From positions 448,001-512,000 of the forward strand of contig CAVXRD010000003.1 of the NCBI GenBank assembly GCA_963764165.1: a DNA stretch of 64,000 nucleotides. Reading direction: 5' to 3'. The notes under the pieces were generated by a model. That model searched no databases and had not been told where the DNA came from. It was given only the letters and a program-made list of their open reading frames with translations. Below, piece by piece: positions 29,459-39,224 of the stretch (position 1 is the first letter of the stretch; every line of letters begins with the position of its first letter). The DNA is from an uncultured Verrucomicrobiae bacterium (lineage in GTDB: Bacteria > Verrucomicrobiota > Verrucomicrobiia > Limisphaerales > Palsa-1400). The position numbers were made by a program, and so were the translations under genes.

Positions 29459-30206
29459 GCAGGCGGAGCTTCAAGTTTTTGATTTCTCCCGTCGTGCAAT
29501 AGGTGGCGATGCCAAGCGGCTCGGAAAGATAAATCGCGCCCGGCCGCAGCGAAACCTTGCGTCCTTCGATGGAGACCTTCACGATCTGCTCCTTGTCGAC
29601 CCAGGCGTCGATTCTCTTCGGCGTCACCCGCACCACGACGTGATACCAATGCCCCTTTTCAAAATCCATCGTGCGCGTGGTTTCGTTTTCAGAGGCGTCC
29701 TGGTCATCGAGGCTCGATAATCCGACGAGCCCACCGCCCCATCCGCCGAGGATCAGGCTGCAATGCGAATCGGCCACCGGAAAAGTCAGGCCGCAAAAAA
29801 AATCACTGCCCGCCAGGCGCTCGGCATCGAGGCTGATTTCGTAATCTGTCTTGGGCAGCACCCCATTCGTCCAATTGATGCCGCTAAGATCATCCCCCAG
29901 CGCAATCTTAATTTTGCCATCCTCAATGGACACCGCCCCATGCCCGCCAAAATCCGTGATGGCCCAATTTGTCAGCGATTTTCCATCCAACAAATCCGTC
30001 CAATTGGTGGACCACGCGATGCTATTCGTGACAACCGCCGTGGCGTTCGTTCCAGCGCCGGGCGGCCCCGCTGCCACGGGTGTCGCGGTAGCAAGCGCGA
30101 TTCCAATGATGCCGGCGGCATGAAAATTGCCGAACCGCTTGCGCGCAGAATTTCTCTCGCTCAGGATTCGAGCCGCAATCCGCAAATGATGCATGATGGA
30201 CGACAT
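29448..30206 (-). CDS. DUF1080 (3-keto-disaccharide hydrolase-like) exported protein
   Basis: LLDGKSLTNW, GSDFFCGLTFPV, GGWGGGLVGLSS motifs; start uncertain. Confidence 0.8.
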   Translation of the reverse strand: MSSIMHHLRIAARILSERNSARKRFGNFHAAGIIGIALATATPVAAGPPGAGTNATAVVTNSIAWSTNWTDLLDGKSLTNWAITDFGGHGAVSIEDGKIKIALGDDLSGINWTNGVLPKTDYEISLDAERLAGSDFFCGLTFPVADSHCSLILGGWGGGLVGLSSLDDQDASENETTRTMDFEKGHWYHVVVRVTPKRIDAWVDKEQIVKVSIEGRKVSLRPGAIYLSEPLGIATYCTTGEIKNLKLRLLEH

Positions 30207-30302
30207 GCAAGCAGCCTAACGGCAAAACCCAAAACGTGGAAACATAAAGTTGGGGCACAAGGCATTCATCCGGGCTTGGTCCGATGTGGGACAGAAAATT
30301 TA

Positions 30303-30323
30303 GGTGGACACGCAGGTCCGCCC
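30303..30323. repeat. single REP-like hairpin
   Basis: GGTGGAC-ACGCAG-GTCCGCC stem-loop; no second clear copy in the window. Confidence 0.4.
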
Positions 30324-30473
30324 AAATTTTTTCCACCGCGCTAACCGAATCCACGTCTCACCCAGTTCCAATCACCCGCGTCCTGAGGCCAAAAAAATGA
30401 GCCTGGCCTGGCCTGGAGTGGACGATTCAATCTGCAATGACCAGAACGAAAGCGTGTGTGACCGCCGAAGAAA

Positions 30474-30581
30474 ATGATATCCAAAAAGCAAAAATTGGAA
30501 TTGACGTGGATTGGGAAGGCAAGCGAGGAAATGGGCTGCAGTGCTATTTCGAAGAAGTCCTCATTTTTGACGAAGTTTTGA
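30474..30581 (+). pseudogene. remnant of a type III restriction-modification Mod (DNA methyltransferase) 5' end
   Basis: ATG 30474 reads MISKKQKLELTWIGK, then unrelated sequence and a stop after 35 codons. Confidence 0.55.
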
Positions 30582-30606
30582 CAGACTACATGCCATTCGA
30601 ATCTTA

Positions 30607-31656
30607 TTACAATGCTGGATAGTCCGTGTAACCCTTCGGTCCACTTGCATAAAATGTCGATGGATCGGGCGGAGTCAGCGGCGCATTGCGGCGGAAGCGC
30701 TCGGGCAGATCGGGATTGGCAATGAATGTTTTTCCGAAGGCGACTGCGTCCGCCTCGCCCGCGAGCAATGCTTCGTTTCCTGACTTGAAGGTGAATTGCT
30801 CGTTGGCGATGTAGCGTCCGCCGAAGGCCGCTTTCAATTGCGGGCCGATTCTCCCCTCGCCCAAATGTTCCCGCGCGCAAATAAAAGCGACGCCGCGTTT
30901 GCCAAGTTCGCGCGCCACATAACTGAACGTCGCCAACGGATCCGAATCGCCCATGCCGTGGGCATCGCCCCTCGGCGCAAGGTGCATGCCAACGCGGTCC
31001 GCTCCCCAAACGGAGAGGACGGCGTCGGTCACTTCGAGCATCAGGCGGGCGCGATTTTCGATGGGGCCGCCGTATTCGTCGGTGCGCAGGTTCGATTTGT
31101 CCTGAAGAAATTGATCGAGCAAATAGCCATTCGCGCCGTGAATTTCGACGCCATCGAATCCGGCTGCTTTTGCGTTCGCCGCGCCCTTGCGGAAAACCTC
31201 GATGATGCCGGGAATCTCGCTCAATTCCAGCGCGCGCGGCACGACAAACGGCTTCTCGGGCCGCACCTGGCTGACGTGCCCCGCCGCCGCAATCGCGCTG
31301 GGTGCCACAGGCAACGCGCCGTTCAAATACATCGGATCCGAAATGCGGCCGACGTGCCAAAGCTGGAGGAGAATTCGCCCGCCCGCGTTGTGGACGGCTC
31401 TCGTGACGAGCTTCCAACCTTCCACCTGCGCATCCGACCAGATGCCCGGCGTATTCGGATAGCCGACGCCCATTGGCGTGACGGACGTCGCTTCGGAGAT
31501 GATGAGGCCCGCCGAGGCGCGCTGGGTGTAATACTCGGCCATCAGACCGTTGGGAAGGCGTTCGGCGCCCGCGCGCTGCCGCGTGAGCGGAGCAAGAATG
31601 ACGCGATTGGGCAAATCCCAGGCGCCGATGCAGACAGGATCAAGCAAAGTGGGCAT
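30607..31656 (-). CDS. Old Yellow Enzyme family alkene reductase (NemA/XenB-like)
   Basis: APLTR, QLWHVGR, GFDGVEIHGANGYLLDQF, RTDEYGG, FIANPDL, GYTDYP. Confidence 0.93.
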   Translation of the reverse strand: MPTLLDPVCIGAWDLPNRVILAPLTRQRAGAERLPNGLMAEYYTQRASAGLIISEATSVTPMGVGYPNTPGIWSDAQVEGWKLVTRAVHNAGGRILLQLWHVGRISDPMYLNGALPVAPSAIAAAGHVSQVRPEKPFVVPRALELSEIPGIIEVFRKGAANAKAAGFDGVEIHGANGYLLDQFLQDKSNLRTDEYGGPIENRARLMLEVTDAVLSVWGADRVGMHLAPRGDAHGMGDSDPLATFSYVARELGKRGVAFICAREHLGEGRIGPQLKAAFGGRYIANEQFTFKSGNEALLAGEADAVAFGKTFIANPDLPERFRRNAPLTPPDPSTFYASGPKGYTDYPAL

Positions 31657-31868
31657 AGTCAGTTTTGTTGGGCGGATGCGCCGCCAATTGTGGCGCAATG
31701 TATAACCGATTGCCCGGCGCGCAAGTTCATGAAACCCGTACGAGATTACTTGCTCCAAACTTTGATGCTGCCGGCATTATATATTGCATTAATCCTGCTT
31801 TTGTTGTCCCATCGCCTATCGAGCTGGGAAAGTCATCCGATGAGCCCGAAAACGGAAAGGAACATAAT

Positions 31869-32924
31869 ATGCGTCGCCTGAGTTTTATTGTCCGCGCATT
31901 GGTTGTGTGTTTGTCTGCGTTTCTGCACCAGCAGGCATCGAGCCAAACGATCTTGTATTCCAATACCATGCCGGCCGACAATACCTACGGCTACACGTAT
32001 TTTAATTATGGCCTGAGTAGCGGCTACGCGGAGGCTGGCAATGAAGTTCTCTTGACAACAAATACGTACGGGAGCGCTTCAACCAACGCATGCTATATCA
32101 CGCAAGCCCAAGTCCAGTTTGACTTCGAGTCCGAAAATGTCCCGTCCGGCACCGAAGCAATCGAGTTGAATTTTTATCAAAATGACGGGCCCCCATTCGG
32201 CGGCTCCAATTCGCCTGGAACGCTGATATGGAGCAGCGGCTTTGTCACCACGAGCGAACTCGGGCTGGAAGGGGATGATACTCCGCTCCTATTGATCTAT
32301 TCTCCCAATGTGTTTGTGCCCCCCGATTTTACTTGGACGCTCGTTTATTCCAATCTCCCTTCCGGTGAAATGGCCGGGCTGACTCTCTGCTCGCCGGCAG
32401 ACGCCGGGCAAACCGACGGTTTTGCATGGCTCAATTTAGGAACCGCAGCCGCCCCCTCGTGGAGCTTAAACGGGGTGAGTTATACGCAATACGGTTTTTA
32501 TCCAACGCCGCCCCAGCCAATTCTGGCAGCCGGCGCCGTCTTTGCTGGATTTGTGAATCCACAGGCTGGGGCCATACAAGCGATTTCAATGCAGACCAAC
32601 GGCACGATTTTACTCGAGTTGGCTGGGACGGCTGGCGCCCCCTACACGCTAAGCGTGTCAACCGACCTGACAAATTGGACCCCGATGGCGACACTCGCCA
32701 ACATTGATGGCACCACGCCATACACCGATTCTTCGGCGGGCAGTTTTCCGGCGCGGTTTTATAGGCTGGCTCTGCAGGGCGCAACCCCGTCTGCGCCGGC
32801 TTTAGGGCCTCCGTTCTATCCTCCGTACGCGTGGGGGTCTCCCAATGGCTTCACGGTTTGCTTCCCTGGCGACACCCTCCCGATAACCTACCAGGCGTCA
32901 TCCGGGCCTGGACACGGGCCGTAA
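31869..32924 (+). CDS. exported hypothetical protein with a STDLxxW...FYR domain
   Basis: Signal peptide from ATG 31869 (GGAAAGGAA upstream); YTLSVSTDLTNW...ARFYRL followed by a Pro-rich tail. Confidence 0.7.
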   Translation: MRRLSFIVRALVVCLSAFLHQQASSQTILYSNTMPADNTYGYTYFNYGLSSGYAEAGNEVLLTTNTYGSASTNACYITQAQVQFDFESENVPSGTEAIELNFYQNDGPPFGGSNSPGTLIWSSGFVTTSELGLEGDDTPLLLIYSPNVFVPPDFTWTLVYSNLPSGEMAGLTLCSPADAGQTDGFAWLNLGTAAAPSWSLNGVSYTQYGFYPTPPQPILAAGAVFAGFVNPQAGAIQAISMQTNGTILLELAGTAGAPYTLSVSTDLTNWTPMATLANIDGTTPYTDSSAGSFPARFYRLALQGATPSAPALGPPFYPPYAWGSPNGFTVCFPGDTLPITYQASSGPGHGP

Positions 32925-32997
32925 CGGATGGCTGAACTTGCCCGCGCTTGGCCAACTTTGGCTTGCGTTGACAGTTTTTGCTCGTAAATTCAATTGC

Positions 32998-34044
32998 ATG
33001 TTGGCTGCTGAGAGTAGTCGGGCTGCCGTCCCCGTTGGACCATCAATGCCGCAAGGCTCCGGGTGGAAACAGATTGCGGAAGCGGTGGACCCGTTCCTGC
33101 GCAGCGTGGCAGCCCAGCTAGCCGCGCAGACCGAGGAATTTGAACCGCAAATCGCGGAACTCGCCCAATACGCCCTCACCGCCCAAGGCAAACAACTTCG
33201 CCCCATACTCGTCTCCTTGAGCGGCGAAGCCGTCGGCACACTTCGCGAAGGCCATCGAACGGTCGCGGTCATCATCGAGATGATCCACTTGGCCACTCTC
33301 GTTCACGACGACATCATTGACGAAGCCCATTTGCGCCGCGGCCGGCTGACGGTGGCGGCGAATTGGGGCAACGAAATTTCTGTCCTTCTGGGCGATTGCC
33401 TGTTTGCGCATGCGCTCAAGCTCGCGGCCAGTTTTCCGTCGCCGGAAATCTGCCGGGCGGCGGCAGGCGCGGCCAATACCGTTTGCGCGGGAGAGATTCT
33501 GCAAAGCCGCGCTCGTGGAGATTTTGAAGCGACGCGCGAGCATTATTTCAAGACCGTGGCGATGAAAACGGGGGAATTGTTTGCGCTTTCGTGTGATTTG
33601 GGCGGATTCGTCAGCGAGACATCTGTTGTGCTTAGAAACCGTTTGCGGGAGTACGGAATGGCGTTGGGAACAGCCTATCAACTTTACGATGATTGTTTGG
33701 ATGTGCTTGGTTCTGAGGTTACTGCGGGGAAGACTCTGGGGGCGGACATGGCCAAGGGAAAAATGACGCTGCCAATTTTGATCGTTCGTGACCGTGCCAC
33801 TGTCGAAGACCGGGACCGCCTTCGTCGCTGGCTGGCCAATTGGGAGCCGGCGTATCTCGCGGGGGTCGTTGAACTGATGGTGAAATACGAGGCTTTTGCC
33901 GAATCGCGCGCTGTGATTCAGCAGTATTTGGTGGCAGCCCGTGAGTCACTGATGCCGTTGCCGCCGGGACGGGGCAAAGCCGGGCTGGCCGGGCTGACTG
34001 AATTCCTGGCGGAACAAACGGAAGCCCTTGGTGTAGTCTATTAA
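32998..34044 (+). CDS. polyprenyl diphosphate synthase (IspB/HepT type)
   Basis: GKQLRP, HLATLVHDDIID, LLGD, KTGELF, YQLYDDCLD, GKMTLP. Confidence 0.92.
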   Translation: MLAAESSRAAVPVGPSMPQGSGWKQIAEAVDPFLRSVAAQLAAQTEEFEPQIAELAQYALTAQGKQLRPILVSLSGEAVGTLREGHRTVAVIIEMIHLATLVHDDIIDEAHLRRGRLTVAANWGNEISVLLGDCLFAHALKLAASFPSPEICRAAAGAANTVCAGEILQSRARGDFEATREHYFKTVAMKTGELFALSCDLGGFVSETSVVLRNRLREYGMALGTAYQLYDDCLDVLGSEVTAGKTLGADMAKGKMTLPILIVRDRATVEDRDRLRRWLANWEPAYLAGVVELMVKYEAFAESRAVIQQYLVAARESLMPLPPGRGKAGLAGLTEFLAEQTEALGVVY

Positions 34045-34096
34045 TAAGGGCGTCGAAATACGCTCTGAAGATGCTTCTCTGGAGAGGAGCGTTCTG

Positions 34097-34744
34097 TTGC
34101 AAAAGAAAGCTGAACCTGAAAAAGCCGTGATAGCGCCTCCAACAGCGGAACCAACCGTTGCCGTCCAGACTGACGAGATTTCCGATCTCGAGCTGGTTCG
34201 CCGCGCCCAAAATGATGACATGCGGGCGTATGACCAGTTGATGCGCCGCTATCAGGAACGCATCTATGGCACGGTCTACCACATGACGTCCAATCATGAG
34301 GACGCCAATGACCTGACGCAGGATACGTTCATCAAGGCTTACCGCGTGCTCAAGTCGTTCAAGGGAGACTCGAGCTTTTTCACCTGGGTTTATAGGATTG
34401 CGGTGAATCGGACGATCAACTTCCTGAAACAACGCAAGAACCGGGTTCAAATGAGCCTCAACGATGTCGATTTCCACGCGGAGAACGACCCGGACTTGGT
34501 GGCGCTGGTTTCCGACAAAACACCGCGGCGCGATCTTGGTTTGAGCGAATTGCAGGAAAAATTGAACGCGGCCATGCTGAAGCTGTCAGAAGATCACAGA
34601 ATGGTCGTGACATTGCATGATGTGCAGGGGATGTCTCACGATGAGATTGGCGAGATCATGGATTGCAATGTTGGCACGGTGAGGTCGCGCTTGTTTTATG
34701 CGCGGCAGCAGTTGCAGGCCCATTTGTCGGACTATTTGAAGTAG
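34097..34744 (+). CDS. ECF sigma-70 factor (RpoE-like)
   Basis: DLTQDTFIKAY, FFTWVYRIAVN, GTVRSRLFYAR; TTG start uncertain. Confidence 0.92.
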   Translation: MQKKAEPEKAVIAPPTAEPTVAVQTDEISDLELVRRAQNDDMRAYDQLMRRYQERIYGTVYHMTSNHEDANDLTQDTFIKAYRVLKSFKGDSSFFTWVYRIAVNRTINFLKQRKNRVQMSLNDVDFHAENDPDLVALVSDKTPRRDLGLSELQEKLNAAMLKLSEDHRMVVTLHDVQGMSHDEIGEIMDCNVGTVRSRLFYARQQLQAHLSDYLK

Positions 34745-34758
34745 CAGCAGATATTAGT

Positions 34759-35193
34759 ATGAGTTCAGATTCAAATGACTTTGAGGCATTGCGAAAATTG
34801 ATGGCGCTCAAGCGGTATGAGCTGCCCCCGCCCCGCTATTTTGACGAGCTTCCCGACCGCGTGTTGACGCGCCTCGAACGGGGCGAAGGCAAACCGTCGT
34901 TCTTAGAAAACTTTCTTCAAAGCGTCGTCATCCGGCCTGCGCTCGCTTACAGTTGCGCCTTGGCAGCGTTGAGTGCGCTGACTTGGAGCATTGTTTATTC
35001 GGTGAGGAATGCCCCTACCGAACCGTCGCGCGCCTTTGCCAATGGGTGGCAGAACAGCGCGGAAGCTACCGCCGGTCAGGCGAGCGATCTGCCGCGTTGG
35101 GCCAATGCCAATGCAACCAATCCAGTTTTAGGTTCCTCTCCGATGTTTGACTTGGGCACGCACCCAATCCCCATGCTAATCGCAAATCCGTAG
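34759..35193 (+). CDS. putative membrane anti-sigma factor
   Basis: Directly follows the ECF gene; LRKLMALKRYELPPPRYF cytoplasmic helix, then one TM segment. Confidence 0.6.
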   Translation: MSSDSNDFEALRKLMALKRYELPPPRYFDELPDRVLTRLERGEGKPSFLENFLQSVVIRPALAYSCALAALSALTWSIVYSVRNAPTEPSRAFANGWQNSAEATAGQASDLPRWANANATNPVLGSSPMFDLGTHPIPMLIANP

Positions 35194-35211
35194 CGGAGCT
35201 TCAGGATTCAG

Positions 35212-36951
35212 TTACGCGGACGTTTGCACCGGCAATGTGACTGACACCGAAGTCCCTTTTCCCGCGCGTGACAAGATTCGAATTTTCCCGCGGTGGGTTT
35301 CAATCACCCGCTCCACAATCGCCAAGCCCAGGCCGGTTCCACGCTGTTTGGTGGAATTCAGCAGCGACGAATTTTTCCTGCGGCGCTGTTCATCGGAAAT
35401 CCCTTTTCCCGTGTCGCGAAATTCAATCAGCACATGCGAAGGCTTGTCGCCGCGGCGCGGCAATATCACCGCGCGCGTCGAAATCGTGAGCGTCCCGCCT
35501 TGCGGCATGGCCTCGACGGCGTTGAGTGCGAGATTCAGAAACGCCTGCGCCAATTGCGTGCCGTCGGCTGTAACTTCCGGCAATTCCGGCCCAAGCTTGC
35601 GCACGAACTCGATCTGCTGATTGCGCAATTTGTGCCGGATGAGAAGCGCCAGGTCGTTGAGCAAATGGTTGATGTTGACCGCGCTCATGTCCGGCTCCGC
35701 GTGGCGCGCGAAATCGAGGATTTGCTCCACGATTTTGTTCAACTGATCCATCTTCTCGCGGAAAATAATATCATCCCGCACCCGCGGGTCGCCCGGCTTG
35801 AACTCCAGCTTGAGGGAGTGATAGAGCATCTTCATCACCGTCAGCGGATTGCGAATTTCGTGCGCCACCTCCGCCGCAAGCAGGCCGAGGGCCGAAAGTT
35901 TCTCGTTTTGACGCAAGCGCTCTTCGACATCGACCACGCGCTCGTAAAGCCGCGCTTTTTCCAGCGCGATGGCCGACAATTCCGTCAACGCGGTGAGAAT
36001 GTTAAATTCTTCGTTGGAAAAACTGCGCTGCTCGCCGGTGTAAACGTTGAGCGTTCCGACGGCGCGCCCGCCAAATATCAGCGGCGCGCTCAGCAGCGAG
36101 AACAGTCCTTCGCGCCGCGCCATGTCGATGTTTTGATAGAGCGCGGAGGTTTGCACATTTTCCAATTGCATCGTTTTTTTCCGCCGCACCACGATGCCCA
36201 TGAAACTCTCGCCGACGTTTAATCGCGGCTTGGAAAGATACGACGAACCCGCGCCGTGGCTCGCGCGCAAATCCAGCCATTCGCCTGTTTCGTCAAGCAT
36301 AAGAAGCGAGCACATCCGCGCGTCCATCAAGGTGCAGGCTTCGCGCGTGATTTCGTGCAGCGCCTCGTCCACATGCAGGGCCGAGTTGATCGAGCGGCTC
36401 ACGCGCACGAGCGTTTCAAGAAGGCGGGCCTTGAGGCGCGATTGCTCAAAAATCCATGTGTTCTGAATCACTCTGGCTGCTTGCGCGGCAAGTTCCTCCA
36501 GCAGTTCCTGATCGCTCTGGCTGAACGCATCGGGATTGCGCGAATCGACGTTCAGCACGCCGCGAACTTCGCCCATCACTTCCAGCGGCACGGCCAGTTC
36601 GGAGCGAACATCGCGATGCACCATCACGTATCGCCCGTCGTGGCGGACGTCCCCCACCCGCGCGGGTTTGCCGGTGCGCGCGACCCAGCCGGTAATTCCC
36701 TGGCCGACGCGCAATTTGATCTCCGGCACGCGCGCGGGAACGCTGGCCGAGGCGTGCGTTTCAAGCATGCCGGTGGTGGGATTTATGAGCGCCAGGGAGC
36801 CGCTCGACGCGCGCATCAGCCGCACGGCTTCCTGAATGATTAACTGGAGCGCCTTCTCCGGTTCGAGTGTGGAATGGATGACGTTGCTGACCTGATAGAG
36901 CAATTTCAGCCGCTCATGGGCCGCCTGCAGGCTCGCAAAATCATCGGTCAT
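35212..36951 (-). CDS. cytoplasmic GAF-GAF sensor histidine kinase
   Basis: Two GAF domains (VGQGITGWVA, SELAVPL); H-box AHEIRNPL; NLALNAVEAM, DTGKGI, GTGLGL. Confidence 0.92.
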   Translation of the reverse strand: MTDDFASLQAAHERLKLLYQVSNVIHSTLEPEKALQLIIQEAVRLMRASSGSLALINPTTGMLETHASASVPARVPEIKLRVGQGITGWVARTGKPARVGDVRHDGRYVMVHRDVRSELAVPLEVMGEVRGVLNVDSRNPDAFSQSDQELLEELAAQAARVIQNTWIFEQSRLKARLLETLVRVSRSINSALHVDEALHEITREACTLMDARMCSLLMLDETGEWLDLRASHGAGSSYLSKPRLNVGESFMGIVVRRKKTMQLENVQTSALYQNIDMARREGLFSLLSAPLIFGGRAVGTLNVYTGEQRSFSNEEFNILTALTELSAIALEKARLYERVVDVEERLRQNEKLSALGLLAAEVAHEIRNPLTVMKMLYHSLKLEFKPGDPRVRDDIIFREKMDQLNKIVEQILDFARHAEPDMSAVNINHLLNDLALLIRHKLRNQQIEFVRKLGPELPEVTADGTQLAQAFLNLALNAVEAMPQGGTLTISTRAVILPRRGDKPSHVLIEFRDTGKGISDEQRRRKNSSLLNSTKQRGTGLGLAIVERVIETHRGKIRILSRAGKGTSVSVTLPVQTSA

Positions 36952-37993
36952 CGTTGGCGGCGCCCGACGTTTCGATTTGATGCGTCAACTGCGCCACCAG
37001 CCGTTGCGCCAGGGAAGCGGGCAGCGCATAACTGGCATACCGGCTGGCCCGCGCAATGTTTAAACCAATCGCCTTGCCGTCAAGATTCAGGAGCGGGCCG
37101 CCGCATTGCCACGGCTGGAGAACCGAGTCGTGCTCGATGGCTTCCGCAAAACCTTCACTGCGCGCGCTGACGTTTCCATTCAACTTCGAGTCGCGCTCGT
37201 CTTCGCCAGCGCCGTGCGTGACGCGTTCGCCGGGTTTCAGGAGCATCAGCTCAATGTTCGCCTCAAACGATTTTTTATCGCGCTGGAAATGCATGTTGAC
37301 CGTTTGGCCCTCGTGAAATTCCAGCAGGATCGCCATCAGTTCAGCTTTGTTGGTGACCGCGGTGCCATCGACCGCCACCACCACATCCCCGGGCTTCACT
37401 CCGGCCTTTTCCGCGCCGAAGCCGCTCATCAATTCCTCAACGACTGGCTGCTCGAAGTCCTTGTCAAAACTCAAGCCAACGTAAGCGCGCTGCGGGCGGA
37501 TTCTTCGCGTGCGCGCGCTGACGATGCCGACCGCCTGCGGCGTATCCGCCAGGCCGGGTGTGACCGCCCACTGGCCTTCCGCCACTGAGCGCGTGTCCCA
37601 CTGAATTGGCTTCAACCCGCTGGCGCCGATGCGCACCAGCGCGACATCGGTGTCGTGATCAGTGGCGAGCAAATGCGCCGGAACCTCCTTTCCTGAAGGA
37701 AGCCAGCAGGTCAATTTGCCAGCCTTCAACTCGCTTGCTTTTGTCAATACCAGCCCATTCGATCCCACCACCGCCCCCATCGCCACCGTGTCTTCGTTGA
37801 CGTCCAATTCCACAATGGAATTGCTCGCCTGCGCGGAAATCGGCGCGAACGCATTCAACACCGACTGCCCGCTCCGGTAACGGCTGCGGGCCAGCGAGGG
37901 CAGTTCCTGATCGGTGGCCAGTGAAATCCGCGCGGGCAGAACGGCGAGCGCCGCCACCGCGCACGCGCGAAGCGTAGTCAATACTAATTTCAT
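36941..37993 (-). CDS. trypsin-like (S1C) pseudo-protease with an internal PDZ domain
   Basis: Signal peptide; LTKASE in place of LTxxH; QCGGPL in place of DSGGPL; PDZ (AEKAGVKPGDVV) lies between the two protease halves; ATGA overlap with the upstream gene. Confidence 0.75.
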   Translation of the reverse strand: MKLVLTTLRACAVAALAVLPARISLATDQELPSLARSRYRSGQSVLNAFAPISAQASNSIVELDVNEDTVAMGAVVGSNGLVLTKASELKAGKLTCWLPSGKEVPAHLLATDHDTDVALVRIGASGLKPIQWDTRSVAEGQWAVTPGLADTPQAVGIVSARTRRIRPQRAYVGLSFDKDFEQPVVEELMSGFGAEKAGVKPGDVVVAVDGTAVTNKAELMAILLEFHEGQTVNMHFQRDKKSFEANIELMLLKPGERVTHGAGEDERDSKLNGNVSARSEGFAEAIEHDSVLQPWQCGGPLLNLDGKAIGLNIARASRYASYALPASLAQRLVAQLTHQIETSGAANDDR

Positions 37994-39048
37994 TTTGCGG
38001 TGGGCATTGTCGGCATCGGCTGCATCGTGATGCTCTTGGGCATGATTTTTTTGCCGCGCAAGACTTCCAATTCCAGCACGTCGCCGGGCCGGCTTTTGGC
38101 CATCCAATGCTCGAAGGTTTCTGCAAACTCCACTCGTCTTCCATTCACCGCCAGGATGCGATCGTCCTTGCGCAAGCTCGCTTTGGCGGCGGGGCTGTTC
38201 TTTTCAACTTTATCGACGCGGCAGCCGGAATCGTCCTCGATAATGCTTAGACCGCAGTAAGTCACCGGACGATGCGTCACGCCGCTCAGTTCATCCCAAG
38301 TCTCGGAAAATTGCGAAATGGGAACGTGAAAATTGTCCGCCGCGGCATTGGCAATCGACGTGTGGATGCCGATGACGCGCCCGTGCATGTCGAAGAGCGG
38401 GCCACCAGAATCGCCTGGAAAAATCGTGCAATCGGTCTGCAATTGCTCAGGCGCGATTTGGATAATTCGTCCGAGCCTCGTCACCAGCGAGCGCTTCAAA
38501 TCAAATCCGCCCGGATTGCCCATCGCCAGCACCCAATCGCCCGGACGCGCGCTTGCCACGTCGCCGATGCTTGCGTGCGACCAATTCCCCGCATCGGTGA
38601 TTTTCATCAAGCCCGTGTCGACATCTTCATTCACACCCAAGGTCTTGCCATGGGCTGTGTGGCCATTGGGAAAAGTAAAAGTCACCGGCATCCCGGCCTT
38701 GACGGCAACGTGGCCCGCCGTCAGCACCAGGCCGTCGGCTGAAATAATCACGCCGCTGCCGCTCGAATCGCCCACCATCACCGAAACCACCGATGGAGAA
38801 AGATCGGCGACAAGTTTCGCCACATGATTTTGGATCTCGCGCAAATCATCCACCGATGCAGGCACGTCCTTGGCAAAAACGGATGGCAAATCGGACGCAA
38901 CGACTGGCGCTGGCGGTGGAAGTTTCGGGCGGGACGAGACGTCCCCGAAGGCGGAGCAGCAGGCGAACCAACCCGCCGCCGTGAGAGCAACGGCGGACTG
39001 CCAGCGGGCAAGTACGCCCCGAGGCCACTGAAAATCAGACATGAGCAT
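37990..39048 (-). CDS. HtrA/S1C serine protease with C-terminal PDZ
   Basis: GSGVII, LTAGHV, DTGLM, PGDSGGPL triad intact; SPAAKASLRKDD PDZ. Confidence 0.88.
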   Translation of the reverse strand: MLMSDFQWPRGVLARWQSAVALTAAGWFACCSAFGDVSSRPKLPPPAPVVASDLPSVFAKDVPASVDDLREIQNHVAKLVADLSPSVVSVMVGDSSGSGVIISADGLVLTAGHVAVKAGMPVTFTFPNGHTAHGKTLGVNEDVDTGLMKITDAGNWSHASIGDVASARPGDWVLAMGNPGGFDLKRSLVTRLGRIIQIAPEQLQTDCTIFPGDSGGPLFDMHGRVIGIHTSIANAAADNFHVPISQFSETWDELSGVTHRPVTYCGLSIIEDDSGCRVDKVEKNSPAAKASLRKDDRILAVNGRRVEFAETFEHWMAKSRPGDVLELEVLRGKKIMPKSITMQPMPTMPTAK

Positions 39049-39224
39049 TACTTAAGGAAAATGCCGGAGCAAACCGAGGTGAATCGCCTCGCAAGCCGAC
39101 GGCAAAAACCGCTGGGACAATACTGTCTTCACCCCATGTGGTCAAGACCGGAATGGAATTGCTGGTTAGTTTCGCATCCCGGAAGTCCGCCCGCGATAGA
39201 TGCGCCGGATTGCAAGGAGGTCCG

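Noticed and set aside
30437..30622. 61-aa ORF in the track
   Set aside because: No family features; the recognisable signal is in another frame (Mod remnant at 30474).
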